32,000 nucleotides of DNA from Dickeya dadantii NCPPB 898 (GTDB lineage Bacteria > Pseudomonadota > Gammaproteobacteria > Enterobacterales > Enterobacteriaceae): the NCBI RefSeq assembly GCF_000406145.1, contig NZ_CM001976.1, positions 1,922,061 to 1,954,060 of the forward strand, written 5' to 3'. The position numbers and the translations under genes are program-made. This document shows, piece after piece, positions 1-10,483 of this stretch (positions within the stretch are counted from its first letter, which is position 1; every line of letters starts with the position of its first letter). A model generated the notes under the pieces. It had not been told where the DNA came from, did no database searches, and was given only the letters and a program-made list of their open reading frames with translations.

Positions 1-551
1 CGGCGAAAGCGTCGTCGCCACCAGATGCGCGGTTCCTCATCGTGGGCCAGCGCCGCCAGCGCAAAACGGTAGATGTCGTCCACCACCGGGCCGCGCACCT
101 TAACGGCGTAATCCTGCTTGGCTTCCGGGCCGTAGTCGCTCAGGTGGTCGGCGGAATAGTTGATGCCGCCTATCCAGGCGGTGTGGCCGTCTACCACCAC
201 GATCTTACGGTGTAACCGCCGGAACAGATTGGTGCGCATCAGGCCGAACAAGCGGCGTCGGGGATCGTAAAAATGAAAACGTACCCCGGCTTCGATCATC
301 GGTGCCAGAAAGTCGGGCGACAGGTCGTGCGAGCCGTAGCCGTCGGCGGTGGCGTCCACGTTGACGCCGCGCCGCGCCGCCGCGATCAGCGCCTCCCGCA
401 GCGCATAGCCGACCTTGTCTTCAAACCAGATAAAGGTCTCCAGCACCACCCGATTGCGGGCCTGACGGATGGCGTCAAACACGCTGGGGTAGAATTCGTC
501 GCCATTCACCAGCAGTTCAATCTGGTTGCCGTCGCGCCATTCGGTTTTCAC
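1..551 (-). CDS. clsB: Cardiolipin synthase B (PLD/HKD family), N-terminal part; the gene continues past the left window edge
   Basis: Reading the minus strand from GTG at 551 gives [48 protein letters not shown]...[10 protein letters not shown] (first HKD motif) with no stop down to position 1. This is collinear with E. coli ClsB. The GTG overlaps the ybhP stop (GTGA), as in the ybhP-clsB operon. It is absent from the ORF track because no stop lies inside the window. Confidence 0.85.
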   Translation of the reverse strand, partial: MKTEWRDGNQIELLVNGDEFYPSVFDAIRQARNRVVLETFIWFEDKVGYALREALIAAARRGVNVDATADGYGSHDLSPDFLAPMIEAGVRFHFYDPRRRLFGLMRTNLFRRLHRKIVVVDGHTAWIGGINYSADHLSDYGPEAKQDYAVKVRGPVVDDIYRFALAALAHDEEPRIWWRRRFR

Positions 552-1318
552 AAGTGAATCTCCACCGCCAGCGGCGCATGATCGGACAGATGCGACCAGG
601 GTTTAGGCGGCAGCAACCTGGGGACGCTGGTCCGGGCGTTGCGCACGTAGATGCGATCGAGGCACAACAGCGGAAAGCGGGCCGGAAAGGTCCGCGCCGG
701 TTTGCCGAAGTGCTGGCTGAATACCTCTTCCAGACCGGCGCTGCGTTTCAGCAGGGCGCTGGCCTTCATCTGCCAGTCATTGAAATCCCCGGCGACAATC
801 AAGGGCGCTTCGGCGGGTAGCGTCGCCAGCAGGTCGCACAATAATGTCATTTGCTGCCGCCGGTGCGAAGCGGTGAGCCCCATGTGTACGCATACTACGT
901 GGATATGCAAATCCCGGTTGGGGACTTTCAGTACGCAATGCAGGATGCCGCGTTTGGCTCTTTCGGATACCGATACGTCCAGATTGCGATAGCTGAAAAT
1001 CGGAAAGCGCGACAGCACCGCGTTGCCGTGATCGCCCTCCGGGTAAATCGCGTTGCGCCCGTAGGCGTAATCGTTCCACATGGTTTCCGCCAGAAATTCG
1101 TAGTGCGAAGTATCCGGCCAGTGTTCCACCTGTAAGGGATGGGTAGAGTGGCGGCCCAACACTTCTTGCAGGCAGACGATATCGGCGGAAACCGAACGTA
1201 CGGCATCGCGCAGTTCCGGCAGGATAAAACGGCGGTTCAGTGCGCTGAACCCCTTATGGGTATTGATGGTCAGCACGGTGAAAGAAAACCCCAATGACGG
1301 TTGCGAGACGGTATCCAT
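548..1318 (-). CDS. ybhP: Endonuclease/exonuclease/phosphatase (EEP) family protein YbhP
   Basis: ORF 548..1483 trimmed to the ATG at 1318 ([24 protein letters not shown]...), which has a GAGGG RBS just upstream. The 256-aa length and sequence are collinear with E. coli YbhP. The 55 upstream codons are Arg/Ala-rich and look non-coding. Confidence 0.85.
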   Translation of the reverse strand: MDTVSQPSLGFSFTVLTINTHKGFSALNRRFILPELRDAVRSVSADIVCLQEVLGRHSTHPLQVEHWPDTSHYEFLAETMWNDYAYGRNAIYPEGDHGNAVLSRFPIFSYRNLDVSVSERAKRGILHCVLKVPNRDLHIHVVCVHMGLTASHRRQQMTLLCDLLATLPAEAPLIVAGDFNDWQMKASALLKRSAGLEEVFSQHFGKPARTFPARFPLLCLDRIYVRNARTSVPRLLPPKPWSHLSDHAPLAVEIHL

Positions 1319-1410
1319 TGTTTTCCCTCGTTCCCAAGTAGCTGAATAATCAGTGTAGTCAGTGTTTGGCGACGCGTCGTTGACGCTGTGCGCCGCCCGT
1401 GCGCGCAAAC

Positions 1411-2517
1411 CTAGCCGATCTTGCGCCGGAACAGCGCGTAGGCGGCGCTGCCGGTGGTGGCGGTGATCACCAACAGCGGCCACACCCCGCGCCAGACCAC
1501 GGCCAGGCTGGCGTTTTTCAGATATATCTGTTTGGTGATATCGGTGAAATGGCGCACCGGGTTAGCCCAGGTGAGCTGTTGCAGCCATAGCGGCATATTC
1601 TCGACGGGCGACACATAGCCGGACAGCAGAATGGCGGGCATCACGAAGACGAATACGCCGATGAACGCCTGTTGCTGGGTGGAACAGAGCGCGGAAATCA
1701 GCAGCCCAAATCCCACCAGCGATAACCCGTAAACCAGTATGCAGAGGTAGAACAGCAGCAGCGAGCCGGAAAACGGGATGCGATAAGCGAGGATGCCGGC
1801 CGCCAGCACGATGCTGGCCTGAACGGTGGCGACGATCAGCGCCGGGACCGCCTTGCCGACGAAGATCTGTCCGGTGGACAGCGGCGAAACCAGCAGTTGT
1901 TCCAGCGTGCCCTGTTCCCGCTCGCGCGCCACCGACAGCGCGGTGACGATCAACACGCCAATGGTGGTAATCAGCGCCACCAGCGACGGCACCACAAACC
2001 ATTTGTAGTCCAGGTTCGGGTTGTACCAGTGGCGAATCACCAGTTCGCTCTGGTGCGTCAGCGTCGGGTCGTTCAACTGCTCCTGCTGATAATTCTGCAC
2101 GATCTGTTGGACGTAGCGGGCGGCGATCTGGGCGCTGTTGGAGTGGCGTCCGTCGAGCAGAAGCTGGAGGCTGGTCGGCGTGCCGCTCACCAGCTGGCGA
2201 GAGAAATCGGGCGGGAAACGCACCAGCAGCAGCGCCCGCTGGTTATCAATCGTGGGCGCAATTTCCTGCGGGCTGTGTAGGGTTATGACCCGCGAAAAAG
2301 CGCTGGCGCTGGCGAAACGCTGCGTCAGCTCCACCGAAGCCGGGCCGTTGTCTTCGCTGTAAATGGCGAGCGTGGCGTCGGTGACGTCCAGCGTGGCGGC
2401 AAATGGGAACAGCAGCACCTGCAGCAGCACCGGCAACACCAGAATGGCGCGCGTCTGCGGCTCGCGCAGCAATGACTGAAGCTCTTTGCGGATCAGCGTC
2501 CACAGGCGATACCACAT
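1411..2517 (-). CDS. ybhR: ABC-2 type exporter permease YbhR
   Basis: Trimmed to [25 protein letters not shown]..., which is near-identical to the E. coli YbhR N-terminus. Length is 368 aa, as in E. coli. It sits in the ybhGFSR order. Confidence 0.9.
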   Translation of the reverse strand: MWYRLWTLIRKELQSLLREPQTRAILVLPVLLQVLLFPFAATLDVTDATLAIYSEDNGPASVELTQRFASASAFSRVITLHSPQEIAPTIDNQRALLLVRFPPDFSRQLVSGTPTSLQLLLDGRHSNSAQIAARYVQQIVQNYQQEQLNDPTLTHQSELVIRHWYNPNLDYKWFVVPSLVALITTIGVLIVTALSVAREREQGTLEQLLVSPLSTGQIFVGKAVPALIVATVQASIVLAAGILAYRIPFSGSLLLFYLCILVYGLSLVGFGLLISALCSTQQQAFIGVFVFVMPAILLSGYVSPVENMPLWLQQLTWANPVRHFTDITKQIYLKNASLAVVWRGVWPLLVITATTGSAAYALFRRKIG

Positions 2518-2580
2518 ACTCTTTCCCTCATCAGCGTGCTGATAAACATCCAGCACGATCCGGTTGATGAATTCGCGCAC

Positions 2581-3726
2581 CTAATCCAGCCGACGACGGG
2601 TTTTCCAGGCGGTCAGGCCGATAAAAAATACCGCGGACGTCATCAAAAACAGCAGGTTCATCAGCAACACGCTGCCGATATTCCCGGCCAGAAACAGGGT
2701 TTGCAGCGTGCTGACGAAATAGCGGGCGGGGATCAGGTACGACACCGCCTGCACCGGTATCGGCATACTGTGGATTTCGAAAATAAACCCGGACAGCATC
2801 ACCGCCGGCAGAAAGGCGGCGTTGAGCGCCACCATCGCCGCGTTGAACTGATTGCGGGTTAGGGTGGAAATCAGCAACCCCATCCCCAGCGTACTGGCGA
2901 GAAACAGGCTGCTCAGGCCGAACAGCAGCCACAGCGAACCGCGATAAGGCACCCCCAGCACAAACACCGCTACCACCACGCACAGGGCCATGGCGATCAT
3001 CCCCAGCACGTAATAGGGGAGCAATTTGGTGAGCAGCAGTTCGGCGCGGGTGACCTGCGTTGAAAGCAGCGCTTCCATGGTGCCGCGCTCCCATTCGCGG
3101 GCGATCACCAGCGAGGTCAGAATGGCGCCGATCACCGTCATGATGATGGTAATGGCGCCGGGAATGATGAAGTGCCGGCTGATGGCGGCGGCGTTGAACC
3201 AGTAGCGGGTCTGCACCTCAATCAACGGTTGATAGCGGCCGCCGTGGTCTTGTGCGTACTGCTGCTGCCAGAGTTGCCACACTCCCTGTGCGTAGCCCTG
3301 TACGAATTGCGCGGTATTCGGCTCGCTGCCGTCGGTGATGACCTGAATCGGCGCGCGATCCTGCGGGCGCGCCAGCCGTTCGGCGAAATCGGCCGGGATG
3401 ACGACCAGACCGCGAATCTGCCCGGCCTGCATCCGTGCGATCAGCGCCGGGCGATTATCGCTGAGGGTAACGGCCAGAAAGGACGATCCGGTAAAGGCGC
3501 GCGCCAGGCTGTCGGCCTCGGCGCTGTGTTGTTCCATCAGCACGCCGACGTTCAGGCGGCTGGAGTCGAGGTTGATGCCGTAGCCGAAGATGAACAGCAG
3601 CAACAGCGGAATGACAAAGGCGATCAGCGCGCTGCTGGGGTCGCGCAGGATCTGGCGGGTTTCCTTCAGGCACAGCGCGCGTAAGCGCCGCCAGGAAAAA
3701 CGGTTATCGTCAATGCGCAGTGACAT
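2581..3726 (-). CDS. ybhS: ABC-2 type exporter permease YbhS
   Basis: Trimmed to the ATG at 3726 ([32 protein letters not shown]...). It is collinear with E. coli YbhS through the C-terminal KTRRRLD. The start overlaps the ybhF stop by 17 nt. Confidence 0.9.
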   Translation of the reverse strand: MSLRIDDNRFSWRRLRALCLKETRQILRDPSSALIAFVIPLLLLFIFGYGINLDSSRLNVGVLMEQHSAEADSLARAFTGSSFLAVTLSDNRPALIARMQAGQIRGLVVIPADFAERLARPQDRAPIQVITDGSEPNTAQFVQGYAQGVWQLWQQQYAQDHGGRYQPLIEVQTRYWFNAAAISRHFIIPGAITIIMTVIGAILTSLVIAREWERGTMEALLSTQVTRAELLLTKLLPYYVLGMIAMALCVVVAVFVLGVPYRGSLWLLFGLSSLFLASTLGMGLLISTLTRNQFNAAMVALNAAFLPAVMLSGFIFEIHSMPIPVQAVSYLIPARYFVSTLQTLFLAGNIGSVLLMNLLFLMTSAVFFIGLTAWKTRRRLD

Positions 3727-5461
3727 GGCCCGCCTCCTGATCATAGGCTTGCACCAGCGTGATGAACGCCTGTTCCATGGTCGGCTCCGGCGCACTGTCG
3801 CTGGCGGCCTGACGCTTCAGGTCATCCGGCGTGCCGCTGGCGATAAGCCGGCCGCGGTACACCAGTCCGATGCGGTCGCAATATTCGGCTTCGTCCATAA
3901 AATGGGTGGTGACCATCACCGTCACGCCTTTGTCCACCATGCCGTTGATGTGCTGCCAGAACTCGCGGCGGGTAAACGGGTCGACGCCGGAGGTGGGTTC
4001 GTCAAGGAACAGGATGTCCGGTTCGTGCATCAGCGCGCAGGCCAGCGCCAGCCGCTGGCGGAAGCCGAGCGGCAGCGCGTCCGGCGTTTGCTGGAAGATG
4101 GGATGAAAGTTGAACGCCTGCGCCATGCTGTCCACCTTCTCCTGTTGATGCTGGCCGCGCAGGCCGTAAACGCCGGAGAAAAAGCGCAAGTTCTGTTCCA
4201 CGGTCAGGTTGCCGTACAGCGAAAATTTTTGCGCCATGTAGCCGAGGTGCTGCCGCGCCCGGCCGGAGCGGGTTTTGAGGTCCATATCCAGCACCAGCGC
4301 CTGACCTTCGGTCGGCGTCAGCAGGCCGCACATCATACGAAAGGTGGTGGATTTGCCGGCGCCGTTCGGCCCCAGCAGACCGAAGATTTCACCACGGCGC
4401 ACCTGAAAATTCACCCGGTCGGTGGCGGCGAAATCGCCGAATTTTTTGGTCAGGTTACGTGCCTCGATCACCGTTTCCCCGCGGTGGGTGTCCAACTGCG
4501 GCAGAATAGCCGCCAGTGATGAGGTAGCGCTCGGCCCGCCGCCCAATAAGTCGATGAACGCGTCTTCAAAACGCGGCGCGGTGTCCTGCGCGCTGTCCGG
4601 CGACAGGCCGAGGGTGTGCAGCAGTGTGGCGCGATCCGCCCGCGGTTTCAGAATCAGTCGCACGTAGAGCCCCTGAATCACGCCGTCGCTCACCTGCGGC
4701 TGACGCAACGCCTGTTGCAGCAGACGACGGTGATTGCTGCCCGGCTGGTCGAGCAGCAGGCAGCGGCCCGCCATCCGTTGCGTCAGGTCGGCGGGCGCGC
4801 CCCGGTAGAGCAATTCGCCTTCGTTGAGCAACAGCACGTCGCGGCACTGTTCCGCCTCGTCCAGATAGGAGGTGCTCCACAGAATCAGCATGCCGTCGTC
4901 CGCCAGCTCATGCACCATCCGCCATAGTTCGCGGCGGGAGATTGGGTCGACGCCGACGCCGGGTTCATCCAGCAGCAGTACGCCGGGCTGCCCCAGCAGG
5001 GTACAGGCCAGCCCCAGCTTCTGCTTCATGCCGCCGGAGAGTTTGCCCGCCAGCCGGGTGGTAAAGCGGGTGAGGTCGGTAAACTGCAACAGCCGCTCGA
5101 AAGTGGCGCGCCGGGTGTCGCCGGTGATGCCGCGCAGGTCGGCGTACAGCGTCAGGTTTTCCATCACGGTGAGGTCTTCGTACAGGCCGAATTTCTGCGG
5201 CATGTAACCGAGCCGGGCGTGCAACTGGCGGTCATCGGCGATAGGGTCTAACCCCAGCACCCGAATGGCGCCCGCGCTGGGCGTCAGCAATCCGGCCAGC
5301 ATGCGCATCAGCGTGGTTTTGCCGGCACCGTCCGGCCCCACCAGCCCGGTGACCGCGCCGGCGCGAATCTCGGCGCTCAGCTGCGCCAGCGCCGGTTTCG
5401 TCATGCCGTCGAAGCGTTTTTCCAGCGCATCGAGGCGGATCAGCGGCGGGTCACTGGTCAT
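3710..5461 (-). CDS. ybhF: Tandem-domain ABC transporter ATP-binding protein YbhF
   Basis: The 583-aa product has two Walker A motifs ([18 protein letters not shown]), two LSGG-type signatures ([15 protein letters not shown]) and two Walker B motifs (LLLDEP, LFLDEP). Similarity to E. coli YbhF runs the full length. Confidence 0.92.
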   Translation of the reverse strand: MTSDPPLIRLDALEKRFDGMTKPALAQLSAEIRAGAVTGLVGPDGAGKTTLMRMLAGLLTPSAGAIRVLGLDPIADDRQLHARLGYMPQKFGLYEDLTVMENLTLYADLRGITGDTRRATFERLLQFTDLTRFTTRLAGKLSGGMKQKLGLACTLLGQPGVLLLDEPGVGVDPISRRELWRMVHELADDGMLILWSTSYLDEAEQCRDVLLLNEGELLYRGAPADLTQRMAGRCLLLDQPGSNHRRLLQQALRQPQVSDGVIQGLYVRLILKPRADRATLLHTLGLSPDSAQDTAPRFEDAFIDLLGGGPSATSSLAAILPQLDTHRGETVIEARNLTKKFGDFAATDRVNFQVRRGEIFGLLGPNGAGKSTTFRMMCGLLTPTEGQALVLDMDLKTRSGRARQHLGYMAQKFSLYGNLTVEQNLRFFSGVYGLRGQHQQEKVDSMAQAFNFHPIFQQTPDALPLGFRQRLALACALMHEPDILFLDEPTSGVDPFTRREFWQHINGMVDKGVTVMVTTHFMDEAEYCDRIGLVYRGRLIASGTPDDLKRQAASDSAPEPTMEQAFITLVQAYDQEAGHVTAH

Positions 5462-6455
5462 GGCGCGATCTGTCCTGCACCAGCGTGAGGGTCACCGGCA
5501 TGCCCTGGCGCAGGGCGTCGTCCGGGTCACTGACGATGATGCGCAGCCGGTACACCAGATCGGTGCGCAACTCCGTGGTTTCAACGTTTTTCGGCGTAAA
5601 TTCGGCGCTCGGCGACACAAAGCCGATTCGGCCGTGATAAGGGCGGTTCGGGCGTCCGTCGGTGTAGATCCACACTTCGCGGCCGGGCGCGGCGCGCCCC
5701 AATTGCGTTTCATTGACGTAGGCGCGAATCCACACCGGATGGGTCAACGACAGGGTAAAGACGGTGCTGCCGGCGCTCAGCATGCTGCCGGCTTCGACGG
5801 CCCGGGTCAGGATCACGCCGGGAGACGGCGCGTACAGGCGCGTATCCTGCAGATTCAACTGCGCCTGCGCTTCGGTGGCCTGCGCCTGCGCCAGCGCCGC
5901 TTCGGCGGCGGCGATTTCCTGCGGGCGGTTGCCGCGTTGATACTGGTTCAGTTTCTCCCGCGCCGCCTGCAACGTCGCCTGCGCTTGATTGCGGGTGGAA
6001 CGGGCGTCTTCCAGCGCGTTGGCGGCGAGGGTATGCTGTTTCCACAGGCCGAGCTGGCGCTGATAGAAGCTGTTGGCGTAATCGTAGGCGGCCTGCGCTT
6101 GTTCCAGTTGTGAACGCACCTGGGCGATTTCCTCGCTGCGGTAGCCTTCCCGCAGCAGCGCCAGTTGCGCCTGCGCGCTGGCGACGCCGGCTTTCGCCTG
6201 CCGTAGTTCGTTCTGCAGCGGTGCGCTATCCAGCCGGGCCAGCAGTTGACCCGGCTGGATAGCATCCCCTTCATCCACATTCAGGCCGGCCAGTCGTCCA
6301 CCCACCCGAAAACCCAGATTGACGCTGCGGATATCTACATTACCGTACAGCGTCAGCGGCGCATCCTGCTGGCTACGGTACTGCATCAGGCCGTAACCGG
6401 CGGCGGTGACGGCAATCAGCGCCAGCACCAGCCATAACCCTGTTTTCTTATTCAT
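5451..6455 (-). CDS. ybhG: HlyD-family periplasmic adaptor YbhG
   Basis: Trimmed to the ATG at 6455 ([44 protein letters not shown]), giving 334 aa collinear with E. coli YbhG. The stop overlaps the ybhF start in ATGACCAGTGA. Confidence 0.9.
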   Translation of the reverse strand: MNKKTGLWLVLALIAVTAAGYGLMQYRSQQDAPLTLYGNVDIRSVNLGFRVGGRLAGLNVDEGDAIQPGQLLARLDSAPLQNELRQAKAGVASAQAQLALLREGYRSEEIAQVRSQLEQAQAAYDYANSFYQRQLGLWKQHTLAANALEDARSTRNQAQATLQAAREKLNQYQRGNRPQEIAAAEAALAQAQATEAQAQLNLQDTRLYAPSPGVILTRAVEAGSMLSAGSTVFTLSLTHPVWIRAYVNETQLGRAAPGREVWIYTDGRPNRPYHGRIGFVSPSAEFTPKNVETTELRTDLVYRLRIIVSDPDDALRQGMPVTLTLVQDRSRHDQ

Positions 6456-6743
6456 AGCGCTCCCGATATGACTTTGCGTCCTGTTCTTGTTCGTCGATGT
6501 CGTTATTGCCAATCCCGCGTTGACGGCGACGTATATTAAGAATAATCCGTCATGCAACAGATTGCCGTGTTCCGGCCGGCGGTGCGCTGATTCCGCACGG
6601 GTATACGTTGCCGTTGCGGGGGTGAAAACCGGTTTTTTTTATCAGTAACTGGTTGATATCCATAAAGAGCAGAACCATTTTGCGCAGAATGCAGAGGATA
6701 AAATGTGATCGACAGATAAAAATTCCTCAAACAAGCGATTTTC

Positions 6744-6752
6744 TGTTACAAT
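6744..6752 (+). promoter_or_regulatory. Candidate extended -10 promoter element (TGTTACAAT) for rhlE
   Basis: TGnTACAAT lies about 150 nt upstream of the rhlE ATG. The -35 is weak. This rests on pattern match only. Confidence 0.3.
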
Positions 6753-6904
6753 CGCGCGCAGTCATGCACCGTAGTTTGTGCCCATTCATCTGGAGTCAGC
6801 ATTGTGAGGCGTGTACGCCGACAGCGCTGCTGAACCCATCTGTCATCACCCTGAAAACTGCACCGGCGGATGCCGGGTAGGGTGAATCTGGAGTTGTTCT
6901 CGTT

Positions 6905-8269
6905 ATGTCTTTTGAATCTCTCGGTCTGAGTGCCGATATTTTGCGCGCGGTAGAAGAACAGGGCTACCGTGAGCCGACGCCGGTTCAGCGTCAGGCGATC
7001 CCGGTGGTACTGGAAGGGCGCGATCTGATGGCTAGCGCCCAGACCGGTACCGGCAAAACCGCCGGTTTCACCCTGCCGCTGCTGCAACTGCTGAACGACC
7101 GTCCGTCGCAGGCCAAAGGTCGTCGTCCGGTGCGTGCGTTGATCCTGACGCCGACCCGCGAACTGGCGGCGCAGATCGGTGAAAACGTGCAGGCGTACAG
7201 CAAATACCTGCGTCTGCGTTCGCTGGTGGTGTTCGGCGGCGTCAGTATCAACCCGCAGATGATGAAGCTGCGCGGCGGCGTCGATATTCTGATCGCCACG
7301 CCGGGCCGTCTGTTGGATCTGGAACACCAGAACGCGGTCGACCTGTCGCATGTGGAAATTCTGGTGCTGGATGAAGCCGATCGCATGCTGGACATGGGCT
7401 TTATCCACGATATCCGCCGGGTGCTGGCGAAGCTGCCGCCCAAACGTCAGAATCTGCTGTTTTCCGCCACCTTTTCCGACGAAATCAAGGAACTGGCCGG
7501 AAAGCTGCTCACCAATCCGGCGTCGGTGGAAGTGGTGCGCCGCAATACCCCGTCCGAGCTGGTGACCCAACACGTGCACTTTGTGGACAAGAAACGCAAG
7601 CGCGAACTGCTGTCGCACCTGATCGGCAAACACGACTGGCGGCAGGTGCTGGTGTTTACCCGCACTAAGCACGGCGCTAACCATCTGGCGGAACAGCTGA
7701 ATAAAGACGGCATCACCGCCGCCGCTATCCACGGCAATAAGAGCCAGGGCGCGCGTACGCGGGCGCTGGCGAATTTCAAAGACGGCGACATTCGCGTGCT
7801 GGTGGCGACCGATATCGCCGCCCGCGGGCTGGATATCGACCAGTTGCCGCATGTGGTGAACTACGAGCTGCCGAATGTGCCGGAAGATTACGTGCACCGT
7901 ATCGGTCGTACCGGTCGTGCGGCGTCGACGGGTGAGGCGTTGTCGCTGGTGTGCGTCGATGAACACAAGCTGCTGCGCGACATTGAGCGTCTGCTGAAGC
8001 GGGAAATCCCGCGGATGGAGATTGCGGGCTATGAGCCGGACCCGACTATCAAAGCCGAACCGATCCAGAACGGCCGTCAGGGTGGGCGTGGTGGTCGCGG
8101 CGGCGCGCCGCGTCAGGGCGATCGCCCGCAAGGCGAGCGCGCATCACGTCCGCAGGGTGACCGTCCCCATCAGCCGCGTCGTGACGGCGCCTCGCGCCCG
8201 GCTGGGCAGCGTCCGGAAGGGCAATCCGCCCGCCGCCGTTCGCCGCGTAAACCGGCCGGCGGACAGTAA
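6905..8269 (+). CDS. rhlE: ATP-dependent DEAD-box RNA helicase RhlE
   Basis: [33 protein letters not shown] is followed by AQTGTGKT (motif I), DEAD, SAT and HRIGRTGR motifs. It is near-collinear with E. coli RhlE and includes the Arg/Gly/Pro-rich basic C-terminal tail. Confidence 0.95.
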   Translation: MSFESLGLSADILRAVEEQGYREPTPVQRQAIPVVLEGRDLMASAQTGTGKTAGFTLPLLQLLNDRPSQAKGRRPVRALILTPTRELAAQIGENVQAYSKYLRLRSLVVFGGVSINPQMMKLRGGVDILIATPGRLLDLEHQNAVDLSHVEILVLDEADRMLDMGFIHDIRRVLAKLPPKRQNLLFSATFSDEIKELAGKLLTNPASVEVVRRNTPSELVTQHVHFVDKKRKRELLSHLIGKHDWRQVLVFTRTKHGANHLAEQLNKDGITAAAIHGNKSQGARTRALANFKDGDIRVLVATDIAARGLDIDQLPHVVNYELPNVPEDYVHRIGRTGRAASTGEALSLVCVDEHKLLRDIERLLKREIPRMEIAGYEPDPTIKAEPIQNGRQGGRGGRGGAPRQGDRPQGERASRPQGDRPHQPRRDGASRPAGQRPEGQSARRRSPRKPAGGQ

Positions 8270-8290
8270 TCGCGTTTTTTCGCCAGCCAT

Positions 8291-8330
8291 CCCACCCAAC
8301 GTTCTCCCGGTGACGGGAACGCGGGGTGGG
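8291..8330. terminator. Hairpin between convergent rhlE and the DMT transporter gene (possible bidirectional terminator)
   Basis: CCCACCC (8291-8297) pairs with GGGTGGG (8324-8330), and an inner TCCCG/CGGGA pairing lies between them. There is no clean U-tract on either side. Confidence 0.45.
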
Positions 8331-8339
8331 AGAGCGTTA

Positions 8340-9236
8340 TCATGCGCTTTTCGCCACCGGTTGCGGCCGGGGGCGATAAAACATCACCGCATTGCCCGCC
8401 AGAATCAGCAACAACCCCAGCACGGCGTTGGTTCGCCATACGTACCCTTCGTACAGGGTGGAAATGGAGAGCGCGACTAACGGAAACAGCAGGGTGGCAT
8501 AAGCCGCCTGGCTGGCGCCGATACGCCCGACCAGCGTGAAGTAGGCACCAAAACCGACAACCGAGCCGAACAGCGACAGGTAGAGCAGCGAACCGAGATA
8601 CTGCGGCGAGAATTCCGGCGTGAAGCGATAGCCCAGCAGCAGTGAGATCACGCCCATCACCAGCGCGCTGTACAGCATGCCCCAGCAGTTGGTGGTCATG
8701 ATGTCCCGCCCCATGCGTTGATGCTGGGCGCTGATCATGTTGCCGAGCGAAAAGCCGTAGGTGCCGAGCAGGCTCAGGCCGACGCCCCACAATAACTGTG
8801 GGCTGCTGCTAAGCCGCAGCAGGTCGTGCCAGAACAGCAGGATGATGCCAGCCAGCCCCAGCGGCGCGGCCAGCATCACGTTGCGACTGAGGCGGGTGCC
8901 GAAAAATAGCCGACTGTTGAAGGCGTTGAACAGTACCGCCATCGAAAAAATCACCGATTCCAGCCCACTGGGGATCCAGGCGGCGGCATGATAAAAGCAA
9001 AAGAAATTAAGGCCGAAGACCGTCACTCCCTGCACCAGACACAGCAAATGCGCCCGGCCGCTTATTGGGCGCAGACGGCGCGTCAGGATCAAAAACGTCA
9101 TTAACAGCGCCGAAGCGATGGCGAAACGCCAGAAAATCGACACTTCTGGCGGCACGCTGCCGTGCTGTAGGCTGATGGCAATCCAGGTCGTGCCCCAGAT
9201 CAGCACCACGGTGCAATAAAGCAGGCTATTCATCAT
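8340..9236 (-). CDS. EamA/DMT-family inner-membrane transporter
   Basis: ORF 8340..9287 trimmed to the ATGATG at 9236/9233, preceded by a GGGGAG RBS. The product is polytopic and hydrophobic (MMNSLLYCTVVLIWGTTWIAISLQ...), consistent with two EamA repeats. Substrate is unknown. Confidence 0.8.
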   Translation of the reverse strand: MMNSLLYCTVVLIWGTTWIAISLQHGSVPPEVSIFWRFAIASALLMTFLILTRRLRPISGRAHLLCLVQGVTVFGLNFFCFYHAAAWIPSGLESVIFSMAVLFNAFNSRLFFGTRLSRNVMLAAPLGLAGIILLFWHDLLRLSSSPQLLWGVGLSLLGTYGFSLGNMISAQHQRMGRDIMTTNCWGMLYSALVMGVISLLLGYRFTPEFSPQYLGSLLYLSLFGSVVGFGAYFTLVGRIGASQAAYATLLFPLVALSISTLYEGYVWRTNAVLGLLLILAGNAVMFYRPRPQPVAKSA

Positions 9237-9661
9237 CAGACTCCCCAAACAACAGATACATTCAGTATCCGGCATGGGTGGAATCATGGCTGTCAGCAGA
9301 TTGCGGCGAGTAGCAGAATCCTGCGGTTTTTTTATTTCAAACTGATTCCAACACCGACAGTGGCCGATCTACGCCGCAACCCACCGCAACAGGTTTTCCC
9401 ACCGTTTATGAGAGTAACGCTATGGCTGTCGATCAGCGGTCGGCTGAATGCCAGAGCCCGGCGCGAGCCGTCGTCGCCGTTGGTAAGTGAGCGATTTCGT
9501 TCATTAAGATGGTACCGGGTGTACCGCGCAGTCTCCTTATCTGGCAACGCTTTGATGGCGGTAATGGACGCAATTTCTTCATACAAGTGTCATCTGAAAA
9601 GGATAGGGTTCGCTCAGGTTGTTGATCGATAACGGTCACGATAATGACAAGGAACACCCTT

Positions 9662-10435
9662 ATGCTGACTCAGGCGGAAGAGCGTCAGGCGAAAATCGTT
9701 GAATTTCTGCGCGAAGAGAATTTTGTTGATCTGCGCACGTTAACGAAGCGATTCGAGGTGTCGGTCGCCACCGTCCGTCGGGATCTTTGCGACCTTGAAG
9801 GCGCCGGAATGCTGCGCAGGACGCATGGTGGCGCGGTCAATATCAATCAGGTCGCTCTGGACGCGACAAACGAGGCCCGTGCCGTCTGGAATCAGGCGCA
9901 GAAGGCGGCCATCGCCGTCGTCGTCGGCGCCATGATCGCCGATGGCGACACCGTGCTTCTGGATGCCGGTACGACCGCGCTGGAAGTGGCTAAACAGCTT
10001 GTCGGTCGTCAGAGCCTGACGCTGATTTCGAATGGCCTTGATATCGTTGCTGAATTTTCGCGAGGCGAGGGGCAAAGCATTTACTCGGTCGGGGGCGAAT
10101 TTACCGCAACGAACCGCTCATTCAGAGGCCCTTTGGCGGAGTATTTCATACGGCAGTTTAATGTCGACAAACTGATCCTGAATGCCGCGTCGATCGACGT
10201 CGACCGTGGTTTGATCTGCACTTCATCGCCGGTGAATGCGAGTGTCGCACGGGCCATGATCGACGTGTCGAACCGCGTCATTGTGGTGGCTGACCACTCG
10301 AAGTTCACGAAATCAAGCCTCTCGGTCATCACCCGGATAGAAGACGTGGGCGTCATTGTTACCGATGCCGGCGCCCGCAGCATCATCGAAACAGTACCTG
10401 AAAAACTGCGCAAGAAGTTTGTCATCGCGCACTGA
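9662..10435 (+). CDS. DeoR-family transcriptional repressor (AccR-like position)
   Basis: The N-terminal HTH (FVDLRTLTKRFEVSVATVRRDLCDLEGAGMLRRTHGGA) plus a DeoR C-terminal sugar-phosphate sensor domain identify the family. I prefer the ATG at 9662 (AAGGA RBS 8 nt upstream) over the ATG at 9644, which has no RBS. Confidence 0.8.
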   Translation: MLTQAEERQAKIVEFLREENFVDLRTLTKRFEVSVATVRRDLCDLEGAGMLRRTHGGAVNINQVALDATNEARAVWNQAQKAAIAVVVGAMIADGDTVLLDAGTTALEVAKQLVGRQSLTLISNGLDIVAEFSRGEGQSIYSVGGEFTATNRSFRGPLAEYFIRQFNVDKLILNAASIDVDRGLICTSSPVNASVARAMIDVSNRVIVVADHSKFTKSSLSVITRIEDVGVIVTDAGARSIIETVPEKLRKKFVIAH

Positions 10436-10483
10436 ACCCCGACCCTCTGGTCGACGGCCCCGCTTACTTAAGGAGTGGTTTGG

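Noticed and set aside
3590-6113. Plus-strand ORFs 3590..4519 (309 aa) and 5265..6113 (282 aa)
   Set aside because: They are antisense to ybhF and ybhG. Their composition is low-complexity and Arg/Ala-rich, and the real genes on the minus strand are strongly supported.
6536-6730. 64-aa minus-strand ORF, considered as a remnant of the TetR regulator cecR
   Set aside because: It has no helix-turn-helix-like sequence and no resemblance to TetR N-domains, and it is too short. More likely it is a chance ORF in the rhlE leader region.
6746-8131. 461-aa minus-strand ORF
   Set aside because: It lies entirely antisense to rhlE, whose DEAD-box motifs are unambiguous. Its composition is dominated by R, Q, A and H.
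8080-8269. Repetitive Arg/Pro/Gln/Gly-rich coding repeats at the rhlE 3' end ([34 protein letters not shown])
   Set aside because: A low-complexity basic C-terminal tail is a normal feature of RhlE-type DEAD-box helicases and is not a separate element.
9288-9643. Small ORFs (9332..9586 minus, 9360..9632 plus, 9433..9657 minus) and a GCAG-AATC-CTGC hairpin plus T-run at about 9312-9335, considered as a possible sRNA or terminator
   Set aside because: The ORFs overlap each other, lack an RBS and have no recognisable family. The hairpin stem is only 4 bp, and there is no upstream plus-strand gene for it to terminate. I treat the stretch as non-coding junction DNA.
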